Assembly: GCA_965205955.1 (NCBI GenBank)
Contig: OZ242192.1
Location: 1,477,118-1,541,117, forward strand
Length of the DNA stretch: 64,000 nt
DNA from: Gammaproteobacteria bacterium
GTDB lineage: Bacteria; Pseudomonadota; Gammaproteobacteria; Eutrophobiales; Eutrophobiaceae
Direction of reading: 5' to 3'
In this document: piece after piece, positions 43,080 through 51,186 of the stretch
Layout: each line of letters begins with the position of its first letter
Numbering within the stretch: position 1 is the stretch's first letter
Translations under genes and position numbers: made by a program
Notes under the pieces: model-generated
Databases searched by the model: none
Told to the model about the DNA's origin: nothing
What the model saw: only the letters and a program-made list of their open reading frames with translations

Positions 43080-43478
43080 TTGATACAGGTGGTGGTTGCC
43101 ATTCTCTTGGTTGGATTTATCCTGATTCAGCATGGCAAAGGCGCGGATGCCGGCGCTGCATTCGGCAGCGGCGCCTCCTCCACCATGTTTGGCAGCAGGG
43201 GCTCCAGTAAGTTTCTGGTTAAATTTACCACTTTTCTGGTAGTTATATTTTTGGGCAATAGTCTTTTTTTGGCATATCTGGCCGCGCAAAACGTGCGCCA
43301 GCCACCACCGAGCGTGATGGATCAGACGCTTGTTCCGGTGGAAGAAACGATGACAGTGATCAATGAAACAGACAGCCAGGAGGAAACAGACAGCCAGGAT
43401 GAAACAGACAGCCAGGAGGACGAGGCTGTTTCGGATATTGATGCTGTTCCCTCTGATCTGCCGACTATTCCCGAATAA
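43080..43478 (+). CDS. secG: Preprotein translocase subunit SecG, with an unusual acidic C-terminal ETDSQ repeat extension.
   Basis: MIQVVVAILLVGFILIQHGKGADAGAAFGSGASSTMFGS... followed by a second transmembrane segment, then ETDSQEETDSQDETDSQEDEA. Confidence 0.85.
   Translation: MIQVVVAILLVGFILIQHGKGADAGAAFGSGASSTMFGSRGSSKFLVKFTTFLVVIFLGNSLFLAYLAAQNVRQPPPSVMDQTLVPVEETMTVINETDSQEETDSQDETDSQEDEAVSDIDAVPSDLPTIPE
43365..43418 (+). repeat. Three tandem copies of an 18-nt unit, gaaacagacagccagga(g/t), encoding ETDSQE/D.
   Basis: Read directly from the sequence: 43365-43382, 43383-43400 and 43401-43418. Confidence 0.85.
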
Positions 43479-43490
43479 ACTGATTGTAAT

Positions 43491-43575
43491 GCCGATGTGG
43501 TGGAATTGGTAGACACGCTATCTTGAGGGGGTAGTGCCTTTTGGCGTGCCGGTTCGACTCCGGCCATCGGCACCA
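43491..43575 (+). tRNA. tRNA-Leu (anticodon GAG), 85 nt with CCA.
   Basis: GCCGATGTGGTGGAATTGGTAGACACGCTATCTTGAGGGGGTAGTGCC...GGTTCGACTCCGGCCATCGGCACCA. The anticodon loop is TTGAGGG, with a long variable arm. Confidence 0.9.
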
Positions 43576-43659
43576 TTGTATTTTTTATGCGGCGACATGC
43601 GGCAGGGAATTTAGGGTATAACTACACCCGATAACAATTATTTTTGATAAACCAAATCA

Positions 43660-46407
43660 ATGCCCCTCAGCTGGAATGAAATCCGCGATCGTGCGTTGGC
43701 GTTTTCCAATGATTGGAGCGGGGAGTCTTCCGAACGCGCCGAAGCGCAGACTTTCTGGAACGCCTTTTTTAACCTCTTCGGCGTCTCCCGCCGCCGGATC
43801 GCCTCCTTTGAAAAGCGCGTCAAGGAAGTTGACGGCAAGGGCGGCTACATCGATTTGCTGTGGAAAGGCGTGCTGTTGATCGAGCACAAGTCACGCGGTG
43901 AAAATCTCGACCGCGCTTACCAGCAGGCGCTGGATTATTTCCCCGGATTGGAAGACCGCGACCTGCCGCGTTTTGTGCTGGTGTCCGATTTCGCCCGTTT
44001 TCGGCTATACGACCTGGACGAAGGCGAGCAGCACGAGTTTGCCGTGCAAGACCTGCACAAGCACGTCAACCGTTTTGCCTTCATCGCCGGTTATCAAACC
44101 CACAAAATAAAAGAGCAGGACCCGGTCAACATCAAAGCCGCCGAGTTGATGGGCAAACTGCACGATCGGCTACGGGCAGTCGGCTACACCGGCCACGATC
44201 TGGAGGTGTATCTGGTGCGTCTGTTGTTTTGCATGTTTGCCGAAGACACCGGAATTTTTGAGCGGCAGCAGTTTCAGGAGTACATTGAAATCCGCACCGC
44301 GCAGGACGGCACCGACCTCGGGGCGCAACTCGATACCTTGTTTTATGTATTGAACGCACCGGAACCCAACCGCCTCGACAACCGCGACGAACAACTCAAC
44401 GGATTCCCGTTTGTCAACGGCAAACTGTTCGAGGAGCGCCTGCGCCCAGCGGCATTTGACTGCGCCATGCGCGAATCGCTGCTGCATTGCTGCTCGCTCG
44501 ACTGGAGCCGTATCTCCCCGGCGATTTTCGGCTCGCTGTTTCAGTCCATCATGGACAAAGACGCACGGCGCAACCTCGGCGCGCACTACACCTCGGAGGA
44601 GAACATCCTCAAACTCATCAATCCGCTTTTCATGGACGACCTGCGGGCCGAGTTTAAAAAAGTCAAAAACAACAAAAACAGGCTGTTCGAGTTCCACAAA
44701 AAACTCCGCACCCTGACGTTCCTTGACCCCGCCTGCGGCTGCGGCAATTTCCTCGTCATCGCCTACCGTGAATTGCGCCTGCTGGAGCTGGAAATTCTGC
44801 GCGCGACGTACCGGCAGGGCAGGCAGATGTTACAAATCCAAACCATGATCCAACTAGACGTGGACCAGTTCTACGGCATAGAAATCGAAGAGTTCCCGGC
44901 GCAAATCGCACAGGTGGCAATGTGGCTGGTTGACCATCAGATGAACACGCGGGTGTCGCAGGAGTTCGGTATGTACTTTGCGCGCATTCCGCTGACATCG
45001 AGCGCGAATATCGTTCACGGCAATGCCTTGCAGATGGACTGGCGGGATTTGGTTGTGCCGGAGCGGTTGAATTACATTATGGGGAATCCGCCGTTTATTG
45101 GTAAAAACTTTCAGAACAGCGAACAAAAGCAGGACATGAAGCGCATTTATGGGGAATCCAGATACAGCGCGGGATTGGATTATGTGACCGCCTGGTATAA
45201 ACAGGCTTTGCGCTATATGAAAGACAACGATGAGATTACATGCGCGTTTGTTTCCACCAACTCTATCACGCAAGGCGAGCAGGTCTATATGTTTTGGCCG
45301 GCTTTGCTGGGAGACGGCATCCAGATTCATTTTGCGCACCGGACTTTTCAATGGGCGAATGAAGCCAGAGGCAAGGCCGCCGTGCATTGCGTGATCATCG
45401 GCTTTGGCTTGAAACCGGCGAAGAAAAAGCGATTGTTTGAATACGAGGATATTCAAAGCAAGCCGCATGAAATTCGCGCCAACAATATCAACCCGTATCT
45501 TGTGGATGCTGGCAATATCGTCATTCCTGCGGCGACCAGCGCTTTGTGTGATTGCCCGAAAATGATCAACGGAAACAAGCCGACTGACGGCGGGAATCTG
45601 TTGCTGAATGAAAAGGAAAAGAATGAGTTATTAGCATTGCAACCCGAAGCAGCCGAATGGGTTAAGCCGTATTCAATGGGCAACGAGTTTATTAACGGCA
45701 TTCCCCGTTTTTGTTTGTGGTTGAAACATTGTCCCCCGGAAAAATTACGCAAGATGCCGCATGTCATAAAGCGCATAGAAGCGGTAAAAGAGATGCGCAG
45801 TAAAAGCGCGGATAAGAACACGCGGAAATTTGCCGAAAAGCCGACGGTTTTTATGGCTGATAGACAATCTGAAAGTGCGTATCTGGCGATTCCCAGGATA
45901 TCCTCTGAAAGAAGAATTTATATTCCGATAGGCTTTTTGCAACCCGACCATATTGCAGGCGAAACATTGCACACGGTGCCGAATGCAACTCTCTATCATT
46001 TTGGCGTGGTCACATCGCTTATGCACATGGCATGGATGCGGGTCGTGGGCGGCAGGCTCAAGAGCGACTATCGTTATCTAGCGAACATCGTCTACAACAA
46101 CTACCCTTGGCCTAAAACCCCAACCGAAAAACAAACCGCCGACATCGAAACCAAAGCCCAGGCAGTCCTTGACGCCCGTGCGCAATTCCCCGACTCCACC
46201 CTCGCCGATCTCTACGACCCGTTGACCATGCCGCCGCCGCTCCTCAAAGCCCATCAGGCATTGGACAAAGCGGTAGATCGCACTTACCGCAAAACCCCGT
46301 TCAACAACGAAGCCGAGCGGGTTGCCTTCCTGTTCGATCTCTACCAACAATACACCGCCCCGCTCCTGCCGAAGAAAAAAACACAGCGGCGGAAGAGGGC
46401 GATCTAA
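43660..46407 (+). CDS. MmeI-family Type IIL restriction-modification enzyme, with fused PD-(D/E)xK endonuclease, helical, gamma-class N6-adenine methyltransferase and target-recognition domains.
   Basis: At 915 aa it matches the family size. The N-terminus reads MPLSWNEIRDRALAFSNDW...AEAQTFWNAFFNLFGV...IDLLWKGVLLIEHKSRG (D...E.K nuclease core). Motif I is LDPACGCGNFLV and motif IV YIMGNPPFIGKN. Confidence 0.8.
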   Translation: MPLSWNEIRDRALAFSNDWSGESSERAEAQTFWNAFFNLFGVSRRRIASFEKRVKEVDGKGGYIDLLWKGVLLIEHKSRGENLDRAYQQALDYFPGLEDRDLPRFVLVSDFARFRLYDLDEGEQHEFAVQDLHKHVNRFAFIAGYQTHKIKEQDPVNIKAAELMGKLHDRLRAVGYTGHDLEVYLVRLLFCMFAEDTGIFERQQFQEYIEIRTAQDGTDLGAQLDTLFYVLNAPEPNRLDNRDEQLNGFPFVNGKLFEERLRPAAFDCAMRESLLHCCSLDWSRISPAIFGSLFQSIMDKDARRNLGAHYTSEENILKLINPLFMDDLRAEFKKVKNNKNRLFEFHKKLRTLTFLDPACGCGNFLVIAYRELRLLELEILRATYRQGRQMLQIQTMIQLDVDQFYGIEIEEFPAQIAQVAMWLVDHQMNTRVSQEFGMYFARIPLTSSANIVHGNALQMDWRDLVVPERLNYIMGNPPFIGKNFQNSEQKQDMKRIYGESRYSAGLDYVTAWYKQALRYMKDNDEITCAFVSTNSITQGEQVYMFWPALLGDGIQIHFAHRTFQWANEARGKAAVHCVIIGFGLKPAKKKRLFEYEDIQSKPHEIRANNINPYLVDAGNIVIPAATSALCDCPKMINGNKPTDGGNLLLNEKEKNELLALQPEAAEWVKPYSMGNEFINGIPRFCLWLKHCPPEKLRKMPHVIKRIEAVKEMRSKSADKNTRKFAEKPTVFMADRQSESAYLAIPRISSERRIYIPIGFLQPDHIAGETLHTVPNATLYHFGVVTSLMHMAWMRVVGGRLKSDYRYLANIVYNNYPWPKTPTEKQTADIETKAQAVLDARAQFPDSTLADLYDPLTMPPPLLKAHQALDKAVDRTYRKTPFNNEAERVAFLFDLYQQYTAPLLPKKKTQRRKRAI

Positions 46408-46755
46408 AGAATTGCGCTAAAATGGCTATTCTTTCAATGCCCCATCTTACTGCACATCGGCTGTATATTATAAGTACTACGATAAACCTGTTATAACTGG
46501 GATATCTATATTGTCACCAAGCATGCCAATGTGTCAGTGATATTTAATCTTTGAATAGACAATTTCTACTTTCCAGTTATTGCGGACAAGTTGTCGATAA
46601 ATATAATTCTTTCCTGCTGCCAAATCTTCAGTGGAAACTCATGGGCCGCTAGTAATCTTGCTATCTGCTTTATCAAGGTGATTTCCTGCTTAGTGTAACT
46701 CTAGGAATCTAATATTAGTTTTAGGAGTTTGAAATAGAGTTTTCAGGGTATTTTT

Positions 46756-47532
46756 TTAATCCTTATGTTTATCATTATTTTTCGATTGACGTTTGATTTT
46801 ATTGAGATCGACCAGCTCATTTCTTATTTGGTTAATTTTTATTTTATGAGGCTCATGTTTGGAGAGACAGCATTTTTTATATTTTTTACCACTTCCGCAT
46901 AAGCATAGATCATTCCTTCCGGTTTTGCCGGTTTTGCTTATTATTTCCGATTTGCAAAATTCAAGTCTCTTCTCACGATCTTCTATCTCCTCTTCAAGAG
47001 CTTCTTTTGTGGAATGTGGAGATTCTCCACATGGTGGAATTTTTCTATATTTGTAATAGTAAGACTGCCACACAAAGTATGGATAAACATCATGATGAAT
47101 GAAATCACTCAGTGAAGCTCTGGTAGATAAGCTTTTTGTCGATATGATGTTTAGGCAGCATCTGTGATCTTGAGGGAATAAATGCAAGTCAATAACTTTT
47201 TTTGTTAACTTATTTGCTAGACTCTCAATCTTCTCTCCAACTTCGTATACTTTAGGATATCTATTTTTTTGATTTAGGTCAATTTCAATTAGGTATTCGC
47301 CTGTTATACATCCATTTTGGTCATCTCTACATTGCTCTATCTCCCAATAGGTAAAATTATGCATTTTTCTCTGCTTGTAGCAACAAGCAGGAATATCCAA
47401 TATGCCGCGTATTTTGTTATCTTCTGAGCAATAGTAGAGACGAGGAAACCATTTTTTTACTTTTTCAAATTCTACCTGTGAATGTTTAATCAATTGCGAA
47501 TGGTTTTTTTGCATGCGTTGTGGGAATAACAA
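46756..47532 (-). CDS. SEC-C-motif (CxC..GSGxKYKxCC) metal-binding protein of unknown function, last gene of the AT-rich CBASS-like operon.
   Basis: The C-terminus reads ...DLCLCGSGKKYKKCCL. The N-terminal ~200 aa are Cys-rich with no domain I recognise. The gene is ~30% GC. Its 5' end overlaps the 3' end of the upstream SMODS gene by 29-47 nt, depending on which Met is used. Confidence 0.6.
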   Translation of the reverse strand: MLFPQRMQKNHSQLIKHSQVEFEKVKKWFPRLYYCSEDNKIRGILDIPACCYKQRKMHNFTYWEIEQCRDDQNGCITGEYLIEIDLNQKNRYPKVYEVGEKIESLANKLTKKVIDLHLFPQDHRCCLNIISTKSLSTRASLSDFIHHDVYPYFVWQSYYYKYRKIPPCGESPHSTKEALEEEIEDREKRLEFCKSEIISKTGKTGRNDLCLCGSGKKYKKCCLSKHEPHKIKINQIRNELVDLNKIKRQSKNNDKHKD

Positions 47533-48478
47533 CAGCTGGAGCTACGCCAATACTACTGGAGGTATTTGACGATTTTTTTGTCAATTTCCCAAAATCATCA
47601 CCAAACAATTTACGCCACTTCTTGATACTTTCATCGTGGTCTTTCTCCTCAAAAGCCTCATCAATTCTTTTATTATATATACTGAACTTGTCTCTAAAGT
47701 TATCATATTTTTTCTGATTCCAGTGTCTATTGAAATCTTCTTCAGACATGACAGGGTTTTCAATGATTGGCATGGTTATATGCATTTGGAGAAAGTCATT
47801 CAATCTATTAGAAAGAGTCTTTAATGTTGTTGGTACATCTGAAAAGTCTCTAGAGTTTCCATCTCCATCTTTGACTTCATTCCCCAACAAGGTTGTCAGT
47901 AATATAGATTTTACTGAGAAATTGTCCTTATGATCGCGCAAGAACTTCAGTAGCCTAGTTGTCTTTCTGAAATTGTTGTTTCTTACAATCTGATTTTTGT
48001 TTATCAGCCAGGTCTTATATCCATCACCGTCAGTCTTTTCATATTTTTCTTCTGTTCTGTTGCATATGTAGTTTGTTCCGTTGTGCTCTACACAAGGAAC
48101 TATGTCCAAATCAAAATCACCAGCGTAATCGATAGTTACACACCGTGTGCCTATTTCAATTTTGTCTTTGTAGTTGTCATTGTTCTTGAACACATCATAG
48201 ACTGTCTTCACATAGTCCGTTTCGAATTTGTTCGGATCAAAATTATTATCTCGAATCAAGGTTAATATATCTGCATCAAATTGATCGTTAGCTTGTACTG
48301 GCTTGATTATGGTCTTGTGGGCATATGATCCCTGCTCGCTGTATTTTCTATAGTTTGCAAGCTTTTCTTTGAGAATATCTGTGATGGTTTTTACACGTTT
48401 CTTTAGTGCTTCCAATCTCGTTGGATTCAGATTGACATGCTTATTCAGAAAATCGTCAAAATCTAGTAGGTGCTTCAT
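47486..48478 (-). CDS. SMODS-domain cGAS/DncV-like nucleotidyltransferase (CD-NTase), the cyclic-oligonucleotide synthase of a CBASS-like system.
   Basis: GS...h[DE]h[DE]h is matched by EQGSYAHKTIIKPVQANDQFDADILTLI, and the third acidic residue lies in YAGDFDLDIVPCVEH. The protein is 330 aa. A GGAGG ribosome-binding site lies 11 nt after the patatin stop. Confidence 0.7.
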   Translation of the reverse strand: MKHLLDFDDFLNKHVNLNPTRLEALKKRVKTITDILKEKLANYRKYSEQGSYAHKTIIKPVQANDQFDADILTLIRDNNFDPNKFETDYVKTVYDVFKNNDNYKDKIEIGTRCVTIDYAGDFDLDIVPCVEHNGTNYICNRTEEKYEKTDGDGYKTWLINKNQIVRNNNFRKTTRLLKFLRDHKDNFSVKSILLTTLLGNEVKDGDGNSRDFSDVPTTLKTLSNRLNDFLQMHITMPIIENPVMSEEDFNRHWNQKKYDNFRDKFSIYNKRIDEAFEEKDHDESIKKWRKLFGDDFGKLTKKSSNTSSSIGVAPAVVIPTTHAKKPFAID

Positions 48479-48489
48479 TTTTTTTCCTC

Positions 48490-49443
48490 CTATTGCTTCC
48501 GTCCGTTTAGAAAATCTGAAATGCCGGTGTTGTCTTTTGTGAACATTTCTTTAGCTCTCTCCACTAAGATGGGGATGTTTTGATAATTATCAAGTGGATA
48601 TTTATCGATAGGGGGGTTGATCCTGAAAATCCCATCTGGATCAATCAGTTGCAAGACATTTTGAGGAAACTTTGTTTGGCATGACATCATAAAATCGACC
48701 AATTGGGTATGTTTCCACCCCGTCAAAAAACCCCACCCCCATCTTTGAGGCTTTTTGTAATTGTGCTGAGCCTGCCCAGTTCCTAAAGATAAAATTTTGA
48801 TGTTATCTCGTTGTTCTGAGAAATTTCTAATGGCATCAGTATAGCCAACCAAAGAGGGATTATTTGCCCAGATGCCCCCATCACAAATAAGAGTGCCGTT
48901 TATATCTACCGGATCAAAATAAATTGGTGCTGAGCACGAGGCCAAAACTGCTTTGTATAAAGGTACTTCTCTATCACGCACATAATCGCCTTTTCGCTGA
49001 ACCTTTTGATACGATGATTTAAAGACATAGACTTCTCCAAGAGAGACGTTTGTTGCATTCAATATGAGAGGTTTTTCTATTTCTCCTAACTTCCTCTTGC
49101 CTAGTTTTTCCTGAAGAAAGCTTTCCAGAAAGGAGGAATCGTATTTGGAGCTTAAATGAATGCCTGCAAGCTTTTTCTTCCTAAATATTTTTGGGGCATT
49201 TTCGTCGTAATCCTTTACTAGCTGAGTTAAATCATACTTTGTAATGATAGCTGCAGCTATAATACTGCCGGTACTAGTTCCTACGATGAGATCGAAGGTT
49301 TTATATATATCTATATTGAGCTTGGTTTCCATAAGCTCTAGAATCTTTGCAGCGAAGATGCCTCGTACTCCACCACCATCAATGCTCAATACTCGAAATG
49401 GTCTGCTATTCATTAAATTTTCCTCTATTTCTCTGTAAACCAA
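48490..49443 (-). CDS. Patatin-like phospholipase (CapV-like CBASS effector).
   Basis: Oxyanion motif LSIDGGGVRG, nucleophile motif VGTSTGS (GxSxG) and catalytic Asp motif ICDGGIWANNP are present. Confidence 0.85.
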   Translation of the reverse strand: MVYREIEENLMNSRPFRVLSIDGGGVRGIFAAKILELMETKLNIDIYKTFDLIVGTSTGSIIAAAIITKYDLTQLVKDYDENAPKIFRKKKLAGIHLSSKYDSSFLESFLQEKLGKRKLGEIEKPLILNATNVSLGEVYVFKSSYQKVQRKGDYVRDREVPLYKAVLASCSAPIYFDPVDINGTLICDGGIWANNPSLVGYTDAIRNFSEQRDNIKILSLGTGQAQHNYKKPQRWGWGFLTGWKHTQLVDFMMSCQTKFPQNVLQLIDPDGIFRINPPIDKYPLDNYQNIPILVERAKEMFTKDNTGISDFLNGRKQ

Positions 49444-49499
49444 TTCTGCATTAGCACATACTTCATTTGTATGAGCATTATCCCGCCCTTGCTACATTC

Positions 49500-49634
49500 T
49501 TCCGCCATTCCTACCGGAGCAGAAACCCATAGATTGATTGCTGCCAATGAACAGTCCTGTTCCACAGCGGTTTGCAGGGCGAGGTACTGGCGGAGCTGCT
49601 GATGGTCATTGATATCCTCGTAGCCCAGCACCAT
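49500..49634 (-). pseudogene. IS4/IS5-superfamily DDE transposase N-terminal remnant.
   Basis: MVLGYEDINDHQQLRQYLAL...DCSLA resembles the conserved ..LGYEDLNDHD.LR.D.L.. N-terminus of IS4-like transposases and breaks off after ~40 aa. An adjacent out-of-frame Sel1-like fragment is present (MPNKDIKRFQKLLNQAEAGDPEAMFNLATAYINGAG, 49625-49738). Confidence 0.45.
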
Positions 49635-49897
49635 TTATATAGGCGGTAGCAAGATTGAACATTGCTTCTGGATCTCCAGCCTCCGCTTGATTTAGTAATT
49701 TCTGGAATCTTTTAATATCTTTGTTAGGCATTATCTCCGAACCTCGTTATTAAGCAGCGTGAGTTTGCCATCTATGCTATGGCATATAAAAACGGAATTT
49801 CCTTTTTTCTGGCTTATTTAACACTTTAAACCAGGAAATTCCGTAAAATAAACTTATGAATTATCAATGCGCCGCAAAGACAAGAATAATCCACCCG

Positions 49898-50632
49898 CTA
49901 ATACTGATCGATGAAATCCTCCAGCAGGGTTACCACCCGCCCCATACCCTGCTCAAGATTATATTGGATCATCTCCATGGTTACCGGTTGGTCTGATTTA
50001 CCGGCCGCCCGGTTCACGACCAGCGCACAGCAGGCATAGTTGATCGACTGTTCACGGGCAAGGGCGGCTTCCGGCATGCTGGTCATCCCGACAATATCGC
50101 AACCGTCCCGTTCCATTCGGGCGATCTCGGCGGCGGTTTCCAGACGCGGCCCCTGGGTTGTGCCGTATGTGCCTTGTATTGCGGCATCAAGGTTTTCGGC
50201 GGCACTGATGAGCCGCTGTCGTACCGATTCCGAGTAGGGTTGGGTGAAGTCGATATGCGTGACCTGTTTCAGGTTTTCTTCATGGAAGGTTGAGGCGCGA
50301 CCGTGGCTGTAATCTATGAGTTGGTCCGGGATCACGATGCGCTGCGGAGACATGCCGGGAGTGATTCCTCCGACTGTGTTGACTGCGATAATGTCGGTAA
50401 CCTCTATTTGTTTTAAGGCCCAGATGTTTGCCCGGTAATTTATCCTGTGCGGCGGGATGGTGTGGGGATCGCCGTGTCTGGGCAGAAACACGATTTTTTT
50501 CCCGGCGTATTCGGCGATGAGGAGCGCCGAGGATGGTTCGCCCCATGGTGCAGCTATGTTTTTATGTTCTTTTTCCCGTGCGTTGAATCGGTTGGCTATT
50601 CCCGTACCGCCGATGATTGCAAGCCGGGTCAT
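49898..50632 (-). CDS. mtnP: S-methyl-5'-thioadenosine phosphorylase (MTAP/PNP family).
   Basis: MTRLAIIGGTGI...KIVFLPRHG..HTIPPHRINYRANIWALK... Confidence 0.75.
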   Translation of the reverse strand: MTRLAIIGGTGIANRFNAREKEHKNIAAPWGEPSSALLIAEYAGKKIVFLPRHGDPHTIPPHRINYRANIWALKQIEVTDIIAVNTVGGITPGMSPQRIVIPDQLIDYSHGRASTFHEENLKQVTHIDFTQPYSESVRQRLISAAENLDAAIQGTYGTTQGPRLETAAEIARMERDGCDIVGMTSMPEAALAREQSINYACCALVVNRAAGKSDQPVTMEMIQYNLEQGMGRVVTLLEDFIDQY

Positions 50633-51186
50633 GACTCCCTCAGTGCGTAGATGCCGTTACAATTACGATGATATTCATGGTAATCCATGCCGTAGCCGAA
50701 TACATATCGGTCCGGCACGGTCAATTCACAGAAATCGGCTTTTACCCGTTTCTCATTACCGGATAACTCTTTTTCCACCAGCACGGCGGTGTAAGTTTCC
50801 TTTGCCCCGTTCCGTCGGCAATATTCACTGATTTGCGCCAGGGTGGTGCCTTGATCCAGGATGTCATCAATGATCAGCAGAGTCTTTCCCTCCAGCGATT
50901 TTTCCGGCTTTCTCAACCAGTGCAATGTGCCGCCCGCTGTTTTGCCGTGATAGCGGGTCGCATGGATATAGTCGATTTGCAGTGCAAAGGATAATCTGGG
51001 GAGCAGCATTCCGCTTGGAATGATGCCTCCGATCATCACGCACAGAATCAGCGGGTCTTTGCCGGCCAACTGCATGGTTATTTTTTCCGCCATAGTGGTT
51101 ATCGCATCTTCCACCACGCCTGCATCATGGATCAGTTCGGCATTATCGGGTGCAGAGTGTACGCTATTCAATTCTGCCCCTGTCAT
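50629..51186 (-). CDS. hpt: Hypoxanthine-guanine phosphoribosyltransferase.
   Basis: The PRPP-binding motif LLIIDDILDQGTTL is present. The protein is 185 aa. Confidence 0.8.
   Translation of the reverse strand: MTGAELNSVHSAPDNAELIHDAGVVEDAITTMAEKITMQLAGKDPLILCVMIGGIIPSGMLLPRLSFALQIDYIHATRYHGKTAGGTLHWLRKPEKSLEGKTLLIIDDILDQGTTLAQISEYCRRNGAKETYTAVLVEKELSGNEKRVKADFCELTVPDRYVFGYGMDYHEYHRNCNGIYALRES

Noticed and set aside
43576-43659. Searched for an integrase gene or att repeat flanking tRNA-Leu.
   Set aside because: No integrase ORF lies anywhere between 43576 and 49900. I could not find a copy of the tRNA 3' end (…CGGCACCA) near the distal island boundary by eye. Only an IS remnant is present, so the island is not reported as an intact integrative element.
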